Shown: positions 13,456-24,829 of the stretch, in pieces
Layout: every line of letters starts with the position of its first letter
Numbering within the stretch: position 1 is the first letter of the stretch
DNA from: Camelus dromedarius
Lineage: Eukaryota
Direction: 5' to 3'
NCBI RefSeq assembly: GCF_036321535.1
Contig: NC_087436.1
Coordinates: forward strand, 19,904,001 to 19,968,000
Length of the DNA: 64,000 nt
Position numbers and translations under genes: made by a program
Notes under the pieces: generated by a model
The model's input: the letters and a program-made list of their open reading frames with translations, nothing else
What the model was told of the DNA's origin: nothing
The model's database searches: none

Positions 13456-14064
13456 ATGCCCATTGTGGACTCAGAGATGACTCGGGCTACAGACATGGAG
13501 CAGAAGAAACAATGCCAAGTGCACGCCCCACTGTTTGTGGGACGGTGGCATCAGCTTAGAGGGCAAAGCGGGACATTGCTTCTCTGAGCTTTTCTCTTCG
13601 GCAAATTCTCCATCCTCACCTCACCACCTCACACTAGGTTTTTTGCTTTGGTGGCTGCCTCCGACTCATGCTTATAGTTGATATTTTATGGTAGAATAAG
13701 TCTGGAAGCATTATTCTGTAATAGGATTAGATAGGGAGAGTGCCGATAGGTCAGAGGGGCAGCCGCATATACAGGAAAGAAGACACTGAGGGAGACTGAA
13801 GAGATGTCCGAACACTTTGTAGAGGCAGCACTTTTTAAAGTAGGTTCAAAAGATTCAGAAGCCCACAGTCTTCCGCATCCTACGCTCAGGGAGCGTCTGG
13901 TATTTTTGTGCCCAGGGCTGAGCCTGTTTTGAGCAGGTCGTGGTCCCTCTTGTGTTAGCATGATGTGACTGCGTGTTCCATACTTCCTTCAGGTGGGAGC
14001 AGCTAAGAGCGGGAGTGGCCTTCCATTGACATGTATGTGTATAATCCCTTTCTTCTTTTGACAG

Positions 14065-14298
14065 CTGCAAATCAGAAGGAACCCATGAATCTTAATTTTA
14101 AAGTGAAAGAGGAGCCCAAAGAGGAGGAGGCCCTAGGTGCCACCTTGCCTCGGTCCAGCTATGTGTTCAGCCCGGAGTCAGATGTGCCGGCCCCAAGCAT
14201 CTCTGAGGACGCACTTAAGCCCCAGGAAGCGAAGGGCAATGTTCTAAGGCGGGATATGTCAGTCAAAGCAGCATCTGAACTTCTCATGAAACTATCAG
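14065..14298 (+). CDS. ZNF827: ZNF827 internal coding exon A (234 nt, phase 1-1): (A)ANQKEPMNLNFKVKEEP...RRDMSVKAASELLMKLS
   Basis: Acceptor ttcttcttttgacag|CT at 14064/14065 and donor TCAG|gtactc at 14298/14299. Open frame within ORF 14031..14372. Peptide recognised as the ZNF827 central region. Joins exon B in frame. Confidence 0.95.
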
Positions 14299-17200
14299 GT
14301 ACTCGATCTATCCTAAAATATTCACATTCTGGTACCTTCACTTGCAAGCCAACTGGGCTGCTTCCCGCATAGTTTATTAATTAGCCGAACGGCAGCAATA
14401 TCACATTATAATGGTGAATTCAGGAATGGTTGGGTTCCTCGGCTTACATTCCTGTGTTGTGTGTCTGAATTTGTTTGCGCATGTTAGCCATGTACCTGTC
14501 TTATTAAATACACCCCCTATTCCTGAAGATGACTGCAAACTGTTGGAAAACACTGCTGCGTTCTAAGATGATGTGGGTCATCATTTTAAATGGGTTCTAA
14601 TGACATTCAAAGCACTTATGTTAATTGATCAAAATATCTGTTCTTTCATAGCCGAGGACCTTGCATTTTGTGGTGTTTTTATACTATATGCTTTAAGAAC
14701 CATTAAAGATATTTTTCTGAACTTAATAAGCCATCGAGATAGCACTTGAAGTGATTACCAGTAGAGTAGCAATGAGATTTTATAAATAGAAAATTTCATA
14801 ATGAAATATTATAATAATTAATCTCAATTCTTAAGATAGATGAATAATTTTTATTAGTATCAAAATGTAATTTCAGCCTATCAAATGCTGGCAAAATGGG
14901 TTATAATTTGAAATCCATGCATTTTGGATTTTTTCCACTCAGTCTCCTATCTGCCCCATCCCCTTCAGAACAGGTAAAACTTCAGTGTATTTTAAATTTA
15001 GAGGTCTGACTTTGAAAAGGTGGAAAGAAAAGCTGTATCAATAATACTACTTATCATGTCACATCCCATCTGTAGTTCTCTGCTGCTAAAAGATAATTTT
15101 TGGAAACTATATTCAAAATGCTACTATGAAGCAAAAGCTGTTTTCAGTTTGTAACTTGCTGTGTTTGGAGGATAAAAGCAAGAAATATTTTAGGGAGACT
15201 TGGTCCCTCTGTAATTTCACCAGAAAGCCTGTGTTTCTGGTTGACCAGTAGATTGGAAAGTTTGAAATTAATTATTTAATTAGAGTTGTTATGTCAGAAC
15301 GGTTGAAATTCCTGTATTTGCCAGTTGGTGGGGTTAAGAATTCTTTCCTTTGATGTTAATTTAAAAACACACTGGAACTGCAGGGGAACATGGTTTGTTA
15401 CAAACGAAGCATAATAACAATTATCATATCCGTATTGTAGCCCCATTTTTCTGACCTTCGCATCCATTGTGCCATTTCTCCTATGGAAATGGGAGATCTA
15501 GCAAGGTTGTGCTAATTGCTAAAAGCTGAAAGTTTACAAAAGTGATTTCCAAACCAACATATTTTCATATTTGAACCCTCCCTCCTGAGTCAGAAGGTCT
15601 TGGTAACGTTCAGGAATCTGTCTGGTGTTTTAATAGTCAATTCCGAGAGGTCACGCGGCAGCTCTGAGTCTTCTCCTATTAACACTGACTCTCACATTAT
15701 GACTTTCACTCCCTTCCAACAGTGACTCCTATCTTCTTCTGATGGTAAGATTCCAGTGTGTCATGTTTCTATTTCAGAGTTTGCTGTGTGGAGTGTATTG
15801 TGAGCAGAGGAGGCTGGATAATGTGGAGCAATGAGGTTTCAGGGAAGATGTTCTCTGAGGAGAGCGTTTTATCTCAGTCCTTTTGGATGATGCGATTTGG
15901 GACAATGAAGTCTGAAATCATTTCCTGGGTCGTAATGAGATCCCTGAAGTGCAAGACGGCTAGGCAGCCGTGCACATTTAATGACATTTGTGGTCAGCAG
16001 TGGCTCTTCTGAATGTTTATGCTGAGTGTGAGTACGGGTGCTGTGGGGTTCAGGAGTAGTCAAATGGATGACATGGTCCGATTTCCAAAGGACATCTGCC
16101 CTGCTTCATGGTGTGGAAGTGAAAACTTGTTTGAAAACTAAGAAAACTACTGTTTGGCCCTGAAAAAATTTCCCAGCATTCTGTGTGCAAGAGACTTAGG
16201 TCAAGGAAGTAGGCATCACTGTCCCCACCTTACAGACGCTTGTGGTTTAGGTCAGAAGCAGTCCAGGGCGATGGAATCCATTCAGTAAGTGCTTTGCTCT
16301 GAAAACTTCATGCTTCTCCAGTCTAGCAGACTGTGGTCAGTAAACTGCGAAGACGTTTCCAAGTTAGTCCTAAAAATAGGAGTGTGACTTCAAAAACAAA
16401 TATCTTTTCATTCCTAAGCCTCAAGGTAAAGAGGACTCATCCTTTACTAGGTTCAAAGTGGACAGGAGAGTTTCTAATCACAGGGAGATCAGGGCTCTTG
16501 GAAGAGGGAAGATGTTAGGAAAAAATTTCCTGTGCTCTCTCTCTTCACATTGTAATTTTAGCAGTTTTAATGATCATGCCCTGAAAGCCATCTGCATAAA
16601 GGACCTATCAGTGTCTTCAGGCCCCTTTTCCCATGATATTTCCTGTCCCTTTATGGAAAAAGAGTAATAATTCATTTCCCAAAGCATCTGTGCAGGTGGT
16701 CAGGGATGCTCCAGGCTCACCTCACCTGGTACCCCAAAGCCTTGCTGCAGGCACTCCTGTGAGTGGGACTCCCTAGTGCTTCCAGCCTCGCTAATTTTCA
16801 TTTACAGCCTTCTGTCCTGCTGAGGAAAATTGGTTGGTTGGAAAGAGCTGGGTGAGAAAAGTACGTCTCATCTATTATCATACTTTTTCCCCCCTTCTTT
16901 CAGTTTTGACCCAAGGAATAGCTAAGATGTGGAATAAAAGGAGTTTTCTTCTCTGTTACTTATTTCTCTGAGATTAGATGTCAGAATCTGTAGGTCAGGC
17001 CCTTTCAGTCTTTTCATTTGAATTAATAAGAGGAAGCTAGTCAACAATCTCAACTGCTTCATTTCCGGTTTTAAATTCATTTATGTTAACTCCTTCAGAT
17101 GGATGTTGGGCACATGTCCAGGTTAAATATCATGTGCAAATTTTCTGCGTGGAGAAACCTCTGTAGGCATATTGTTTTCCAAATTGACATTTGTATTTTA

Positions 17201-18933
17201 TGAGAAAAACACAGAGACGTTAGCGGCCAGGCTAGAATTTTTCATTAACTGTGTGTTTGGGAAAATCTGAGTTTTCTGCCTTCCTGGTGGCTCAAGTCTG
17301 ATTTCCAGTCGTTAACTGGGGAGTCAAGTGCCTGACAGCTGGGCCAAGGAAATTGATTACCATAAAGAAAGCAACCTACTCTAAGGAAACCACTGGGTGT
17401 CTGGGACTACCTGTTGTTATGTGACACAAGGCAGCCAAGATAATCAGACGTTTCTGCTCAGCGTAGAGTTGCCAAAGATAACTTCCAGGAGTCTTGATTC
17501 AAGGAGGCCAAAATCCTGAAGTCCAATACAGGGGCTATATAACTTAGACAGACTAAGAGAATCAAGTCACTCTTAACCTCTGGTTTTGCAACGCTTAGTG
17601 ACTTGGAAAACTTAAGGAGCAAATGTGTTATCAGAGATGTGACGTAGTGCTCTAAATGACACAGAGTTTTATCTGCTCTGTCTCTGTTGTGCTTTAAGAG
17701 AAGTAGCTATGTTGTAAATCCACTAAAAAGAAAAAGAAAAAAAAAAAGAGAAGTAACTAGACTTAACAAGACAAAGAAATGCCCCTTTCTCTCCCTTTGA
17801 GCATGCGTGTATAAAATCTTGTGTATGGTTGCACCAAGAAGTAGCTGATCAGAATGCCATTTAAAGATATGAGTTCCACAAAAATAAGTAGCTGGAAAGC
17901 TGGAGTTACTCAAAAACGTTAATGAAAAATTAAACATTGGAGTTGATCTAACATGGTCAATAAAACTTTACATTAGATCTTCATTTGAAATGCATCTATT
18001 GGTTTTCTTATTTCTGTGCTCAAAGAAGGGAACCACATGGATTTACATTCATTCTTGATTTGTATTCACTTGTCCCTGCCTGGTCTTAGAGAGGAATATG
18101 CATTACAGTTGCTGCTTGTAGAGGAATCGAGCAGGACTTCGATCTGAAATACACAGGGATGGGAGTCACCTATGGAAGATCGGGTTTTGGCTCAGAGATA
18201 CTTAGAAGCAGGTACACTTGTAAGATGAAGTTTTTAAGGCGAGTTCCATCTCTGAGGTGAACTGGAGCAGAGAGGAAAGGTACCCAGAGGGTGACTTTGT
18301 TGACAATTAGAGCTCTGGTTGTGAGTAACAAGTCCTCTTCAGCCAGTTGAGGCAGGAAAAAGGAATCGAATAGAAGGTGCAGGTTTGGGGTTTACTTACG
18401 GGATGAGCCCAAGGGCAGGGATGCAAGAGGGTGTCCAGCCTCCACTGAAGCCAGGGACGGGGGGACTTGGGGGACCCTGGCTCATCTTGCTTCTCTGGGC
18501 ATCCACATGGACTTTTCCTGGTACCCAACCCACAGGGTGGAAAATGGCAATTGCCAACTGCTTCTGAGTGTACTTCTTGTTCCAAAGAGCAGCTGAACAG
18601 AAGTTTCTTAATCCCAATCCCAAATTCTAGCCAATCGCCTCAGCTCCGATCAGGGTCCCCCGGTGGAAACTTCTACTGTATCGAGGGGCGAGGGCATGAT
18701 GGGCAGACATGCCAGGAGGAGACGGGTCCCCAGAAAGGTACCTTGGGTGGGCAAGTGTGAGGGTGCTGTGAGACCAGAAAGATAAGCAATATGTATGAAC
18801 CCCAAAAGTTTGAGGAGCAGATAATGGTAATTACTGTTACTTAAATATTGAAGGTAAATGTGTTGTGACCTTTCCTTTCGGGTGGAGTCTTGGAGAAAAC
18901 TGCCCAGCCAGCACCCACTCTGGATGTGCTAAG

Positions 18934-19086
18934 GCGATGCTTCTCAAAGTGTGGTCCTCAGACCACGGGAAGTGATAGAAATGCCAATTAGTGAGGCCTC
19001 CTGCGGACCCAGCTGAAACTCTGAGGTTTTTCTCTTTTTACAAGCGCTGGAAGAGATTCTGAAAGCTAGGTTTTGAGAAGCACGGT
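18934..19086. mobile_element. MER5A-like hAT MITE
   Basis: gcttctcaaagtgtggtcctcagacca...gattctgaaagctaggttttgagaagcacgg. Confidence 0.65.
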
Positions 19087-19230
19087 GCCGAGGAAATGGT
19101 TCATTGGAGAAGTAAGTTTTGTCCATCTGAAAAGAGTGCATTAGGTTGAAGCTGACAGAGAAGAAAGCTATCTTAAATGCACATTTTACTTTTTAAAAAG
19201 AATCATCTCTCCCCAGTGAAGATTCTTTTT

Positions 19231-19325
19231 TTTTTTTTTTAAGCAAAGTATACTTGATTTACAATGTAGTGTTAGTTTCTGGTGTACAGCATAGTGATTC
19301 AGTTATACATATACATATACATATA

Positions 19326-19372
<47 letters not shown>

Positions 19373-19502
19373 TTTTTCACTATAGACTATTACAAGATAT
19401 TGAATATAGTTCCCTGTGCTATTAACAAAAGATAGTTGTTTATCTATTTTATGTATCTCAGTCCTGAACTCCTAATTTATCTCTCCGCCTGCCCCTGCCT
19501 CT
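19231..19502 (-). mobile_element. LINE-1 3' end with an expanded (TA)n tract
   Basis: Poly-T head, then gtatacttgatttacaatgtagtgttagtttctggtgtacagcatagtgattcag. TSD gattcttttt at 19221-19230 and 19503-19512. Confidence 0.85.
19306..19369. repeat. (TA)n microsatellite
   Basis: Directly visible. Confidence 0.95.
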
Positions 19503-20281
19503 GATTCTTTTTAATTTATTATGAAATAACGGTAACTGGGAACCTTTTTCTGAAGGGAACATGTGCCTAATAAATCAAGCTAGTCTTGGTTGTAAGCCTC
19601 AGATAATAATACTTTTTTCAATGTTCTTTGCTGTTAAATGTGATGATTATTCCTGGGTGGTGTGTGCGTTCTTTTAGGAGGAAAAAGCTCCCCACCCCCA
19701 CCGCCAACAAATCAAATATCACATCGGAGGCTCTTTTATTCCAGAGAACTCTTTGAGATAAACGAGAGATTTTAGCTAAATAACTTCTCAGGGCAAAACC
19801 AAGTCAGTCATCTATTTGGTATTTCTCCCTTGGAAAATTGTAGTCTAGCAAACTGCATAAGCTGTGACTTCAGTCTGACTTCAGTCATAATCTGCAAGGA
19901 TGGAAAATCAGGCTTTTCGTCTTACATTAATGTTATTTCACATTCCCCTCCCTCACTTCCTAGTTATTTAATTGAATGGTGGGCAGAACCTGGGAGGCCT
20001 GGTGTTACCTAGTTCTGTGGTTCTACTTGCTTCCATCCGGTTCAAAGTTGGAGCTCGCTCCTAGGGTGAGCAGGTGGCCATGTTAGCAAAGCTATAAAAG
20101 AGTTCGAGAGTAATTTAGAAGTATCAGTTAAAAAAAAGTGTTTTATTTATTTTATTGATGTTGTCTATTTATCACATTGTCAGATGCATGGTACTGAGGA
20201 ATTTGAAAGCATAAAAATGTCAAATGGCAGTCTGAAATTGAAAAATGCTCTTTTTCACTTGTTCTGTTTTCAAGGGAACTT

Positions 20282-20393
20282 GCTTTCTTTTTTAATTTTA
20301 AAAAAGTTCCCCCTAATGGAGGCACTGGATTGAACCCAGGACCTTGTGCTTGCCAAGCACGAGCCCTACCACTGAGCTGTATTCCCTACCTCC
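20282..20393 (-). mobile_element. tRNA-derived SINE, camelid vic-1-like
   Basis: Reverse complement of the ...agctcagtggtagggctcgtgcttggcaagcacaaggtcctgggttcaatcc head. TSD agggaactt at 20273-20281 and 20399-20407. Confidence 0.85.
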
Positions 20394-20416
20394 AACTGAG
20401 GGAACTTCTAAATTGC

Positions 20417-21495
20417 TTTTTTTAAACATCTTTATTGAGATATAATTCATATACTATAAAATCTGCCCATTTAAAGTGTGCAATTCCATGGATTTTAGTA
20501 TATTCACAGAGTTGTGCAAACACCATTACATCTAATCACAGAACATTTTCATCACCCCCCAAAAAGCTCTGTACCCATTAGCAGTTACTCCTTACCACCC
20601 CCGACCCTCAGTACCCTCCCAGCCCCTAATCTGTCTGTCTCAATACATTATTTTCCTATTCTAGACATTCCATATGAGTGTAATTATGTAGTGGCTTCTT
20701 TCTCTTAGCATAATGTTTTCAAGGCTCACCTATGTTGTAATATGCATCAATGCTTTATTCCTTTTTAGGGCTGAATAATATTCCATTGGATATTATTGGG
20801 CTGGATATACCAATTAATATAACACTAGTTTTACACATGGCATAAAGCAGATATATCACATTTTGTTTGTCCATTCATCCATCGTTGAACATTTGGATTG
20901 CTGTCGAACTTTTGCTGATAAAAAATTCCTGTGCAAGTTTTTGGGTAGACATATGTTTTGTTTCTCTTGAGTATAAACCTGCAAGTGGAATTACCATGTC
21001 AAATGATAACTCTATGTTTAACATTCTGAGAAACTGCCAAGCTGTTTCCCAAAGCAGCTGCACCATCTTATATCCCCTACAGCAAAGGCTGAAAGTTCCA
21101 GTTTTTCCACATCCTTGCCAAAAGTTGTTATTGTCTCTCTTTTTTATTATAGCCATCATGCTGGGCGTGAACTAGTATCTCATTGTGGTTTTGATTTGCA
21201 TTTCTCTGATGACTAATGATGTTCAGCGTATTTTCATGTGCTTGTTGGCCATTTGTGTATCTTCTCTGGAGAAATGTCTATGCGAGTCCTCCCGCTTTTT
21301 AATTCTCTTTTTACTCGTGAGTTGTAAAAGCTCCTTATATATTGGGGATGTAAGTCTCTGTCAGATCTGTGATTTGCAATTCCTTCCTCGGTGATGGTCC
21401 CTTCACTTTCTTGACAGTATTATTTGAAGCACCAAAGGTTTTAGTTTTGATATAAACCAACTTACCTCTTTTCTTTTGTTGCTTGTTGCTTGGAT
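20417..21495 (-). mobile_element. L1MB-like LINE-1 3' fragment with degenerate ORF2 C-terminus
   Basis: ctttattgagatataattcatatac 3' end. ORF 20875..21159 (-) is degenerate ORF2 (CGKTGTFSLCCRGYKMVQLLWETAWQFL). Confidence 0.9.
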
Positions 21496-22874
21496 AATTA
21501 GGGAATTATCAGATTTCCGTAATTCCAGAAATTAGGTGAAAAAATGCAGACTTCTTTAGTATTAACATGAAAGCCTGTCTTTACCTGTATTAGCACTGTA
21601 TTCAATTTTCAGATGCAAAGCCTATGAAACCTAGTCTATTGAATAAATACTTCCATGGTGGAGTTGACCTCTCTGATTTCTGTGTTTGCTAAAGCATTCC
21701 GTACTTCAGCTGATGCCAAAGAATATTGATATGTCAGCTTTTTAGATGACTTATAATGAATGTGACGACAGTAGGTTTACAACTGATGAGGAGATCACGT
21801 TCCTCTTTACCATATATATGCTAAACAGCTCTCAGGATATACCTGTGTGTACAAATATGTATGCGTATATAGACATACACATAGACAGAAAATCCATACC
21901 TGGGGAAGTTAAATCTTAAATAAGGAATTAGCCTCTTTTTTTTTTAGCACTTGAAACCCAGTGAGAATTGGATCTGTTTGGCTGTCTTATACAAACAGGG
22001 AATCGATCATTTTAATAAGATAAAAATGTGACCTGTTTGTATACCCAGAGAATTCTTTTCTTGAAGGTGTAGGTCTTGTTAAGCTCAGAGGATGTACTCA
22101 GTGTTATTTAGCCGATCATTTAGTCAGGACAGAGCGGGGACTTGCTGGGTGCAGCTCTGGAAGGGCCGTTCTCTTCCCAGCTAGAAGCAGGGCTTTGCTT
22201 CTCACAGAAGCTCCTCCGTAACTGGTGCCACCCTTGCTCTTTGACCAATACGTGCCCTTCTGTTTATTTTGAAATTCCACACTCAGCTTCCAGATCCCTG
22301 AGCCCGAACACCCGAGTGGCTCTGCTGCTCCCGCGCCTCGTGTGGGGGCTCCTTGACTCACACCCCAGGCCAGCGCCTCAGTGCCTCCTCCCCTCAGAGC
22401 TCTCGCCCCTCGGCCACCCTTTCGCTGTCTTGACCCGGCTTCCTCCACCTCCCACACTGAGGCCGGGACTCAGACCGGCCGGCCTCAAAAGGCTCTTGTT
22501 TATGATCATCTCTGCTGCATCGCTCATATGTTAAGGAAAATTTGTATTGGCCTGCATTCCCAGAAACCAGGCAAGAACTCAGAAAGGAATTTCATGTGCT
22601 CCACCTTCGTTACAGATTCCTCTTCTGTTTGGCTGGACTGGGGAAAGAAGGGGGTTTGACTATGGTAGTGGGTAGGGGAGGGCTGTAAGCAGGGGTGCAG
22701 GGTGGGGTTGGGCGTGGCGGAGGGGTACCAGATCCTTTACAATACTCAGCGAAAGAATTAAGAATGACCTCTAAGAAATGCATTCACAGTTGGTGTAGCT
22801 GCCCTTCTGTTTTCCTGTGTTGTCTTCTGTTTTCTGGTATAAATTACAGAACAAAAAAATCTACCAACATTTTC

Positions 22875-23036
22875 TTTTTTAAAACTTTTATTTATTTATT
22901 TATTTGTTTGTTTGTTTGTTTAAATTGAAGTATAGTTGATGTACAATGTTGTGTTACTTTCTGGTGAACAGCACAGCAATTCCATTATACATATATATGT
23001 ATATATTCTTTTTCATATTAGGTTATTACAGACATT
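22875..23036 (-). mobile_element. Short LINE-1 3' end
   Basis: T-rich tail, then ttgaagtatagttgatgtacaatgttgtgttactttctggtgaacagcacag. Confidence 0.75.
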
Positions 23037-23119
23037 ATCCACAACACAAATGGTAGCACAGAGAGGCCATCACTAACTACTATTTGATGATGGTAACTCT
23101 GAGAAGAAGCTTTCTTTTC

Positions 23120-23202
23120 ATTTTTTTTTTTATTTTAATTTAAAATTTTGTGAGGGGGGAGTAATTAGGTTGGTTGGTTGGTTTATTTATTTATTTATTT
23201 GT

Positions 23203-23234
<32 letters not shown>

Positions 23235-23315
23235 AATGGAGGTGCTGAGGATGGAACCCAGGACCCTGTGCATGCTAAGCACATGCTCCACCACTGAGCT
23301 AGACCTTCCCCCCTC
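23120..23315 (-). mobile_element. vic-1-like SINE, full length
   Basis: tRNA-like head plus (TTTA)n/gtaattagg tail. TSD agaagcttt(c/g)ttttc at 23105-23119 and 23316-23330. Confidence 0.9.
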
Positions 23316-24621
23316 AGAAGCTTTGTTTTCTGGGGGAGCCAATTGCAGTGTGGATGCAGATATTTGAGTAACCAATGAAACATTTCTGTTCCATGTTTCA
23401 CTCAAGAGGACCAGTTTCCCTGCCGGCTAGAAGCTGTGTACCTTCTCACTGCATTAGACTCTCTTACCTCGCTCTAGCTTGTTATGGTCCCTCCCGTCAG
23501 ACTTTCTGGCCATACGGTGGTCTTGTGAGGGAGAGCACACTGTCATGCTCCTCAAGGAGAGATCTAAAGCATTCTCATCGCACGGTGGCTTTTCTTCCCA
23601 TCACCCTATTAACCTTTCACCTTGAACTTATTCATGTCAAAGAAGGGGAACATTTGCATCTGTAATTAAACCCCATGGCTTCTGTGCCCATCTGGGTACT
23701 GGCTGATAACACAGATCTGGAGAAGGGAGTCCTCTCTCTGCTGTGGAGTGGCCACGTCCCACTGAGCAGGGGCTCCCTGGGTGGTGGTACCCGAGCCAAT
23801 CAGCCACATTAAGCATCGGAAGATACACTGGTTGAGGGGGGAGCAATGGGGCCAGTTTCCGTTGAGCAGGGAAGTGTCCATGTTAGCCCAAGAGTGGAAA
23901 GCTTTTCTGAAGAGAGACTATTTCTCCCTTAAGACTTCTGTTGCTCTTGTAGGAAGGCAAAGGATTGAAAAGTGGTATTTTCTCATCATCAAACTGTGAG
24001 GACCTGCCTGTGACATCCTTGGTCTTCCTTCCTAATAAGTCTTCTATTTACTCCACGCATGTGTGTATCCCCCCTGCCCCCATATTTAGGCCATCCTGAG
24101 TTTGTGTTGATTTACTTCCTATTTTCTAAATACGGGCTGGCAGCTGGATTCGAGCACATTTCCTGGTTTCCCGTGGCTCGCTGTCTGCTTGTATTCCTTA
24201 CTTCCACCTCTGGAGAAGCGGGGGAACCATGATAGAATAGACACGTGACCCACTGCATTTTCTCGTACGTCCAAAATCAAGGGGTGGGACTCACTGTTTC
24301 AAGAACAAATCATGAACTTGTTTCCTTTACTTCCTGCTACTGCCAACCTTAGCTCCGTAAACCCACCTAAACATACACGCACATTCCCCTGCTGTCACTG
24401 CCAGAGGGTCTTTCTACTGTTTTGGAGTCAGAGCATCCAAGGGGGCAAGCTTTCTGTGGTCCACACACACGTTACCAAAGTTATCCCAATGGCCCTTTGG
24501 TGGAGAGGGCGAGAGACCTTTAGCAGAACTGAGGGACTAACGGTGAAATGGCAGTGATTTGCGGGATGTATCTGGAGAGCAGAATCGTTGTCCCTCACTG
24601 TGCATTTAAATAGGGGTAGGA

Positions 24622-24829
24622 GGAGGATGGGGTAGAGCTCAGTGTAGAACACCTGCTTAGCATGCACGATGTCCAGGTTCAATTCCTAGTACCTCCACTG
24701 AAAAAAAGAAAAGAAAAAAAGTTGCAAAGAAAAATCAGTACCATTTATAATCTCTCCAGAGCAAGTGAAATATTTATGTATGCACTTAATAAAACATGTA
24801 TGGGATTTTAAAAAAATAAAATAAATAAA
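24622..24829 (+). mobile_element. vic-1-like SINE with a 3' extension and second A tail
   Basis: Head ggtagagctcagtgtagaacacctgcttagcatgcacgatgtccaggttcaattcc, A run 24701-24720, unique segment 24721-24809, second A tail, imperfect TSD taaat(ag)gggtagga. Confidence 0.85.
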
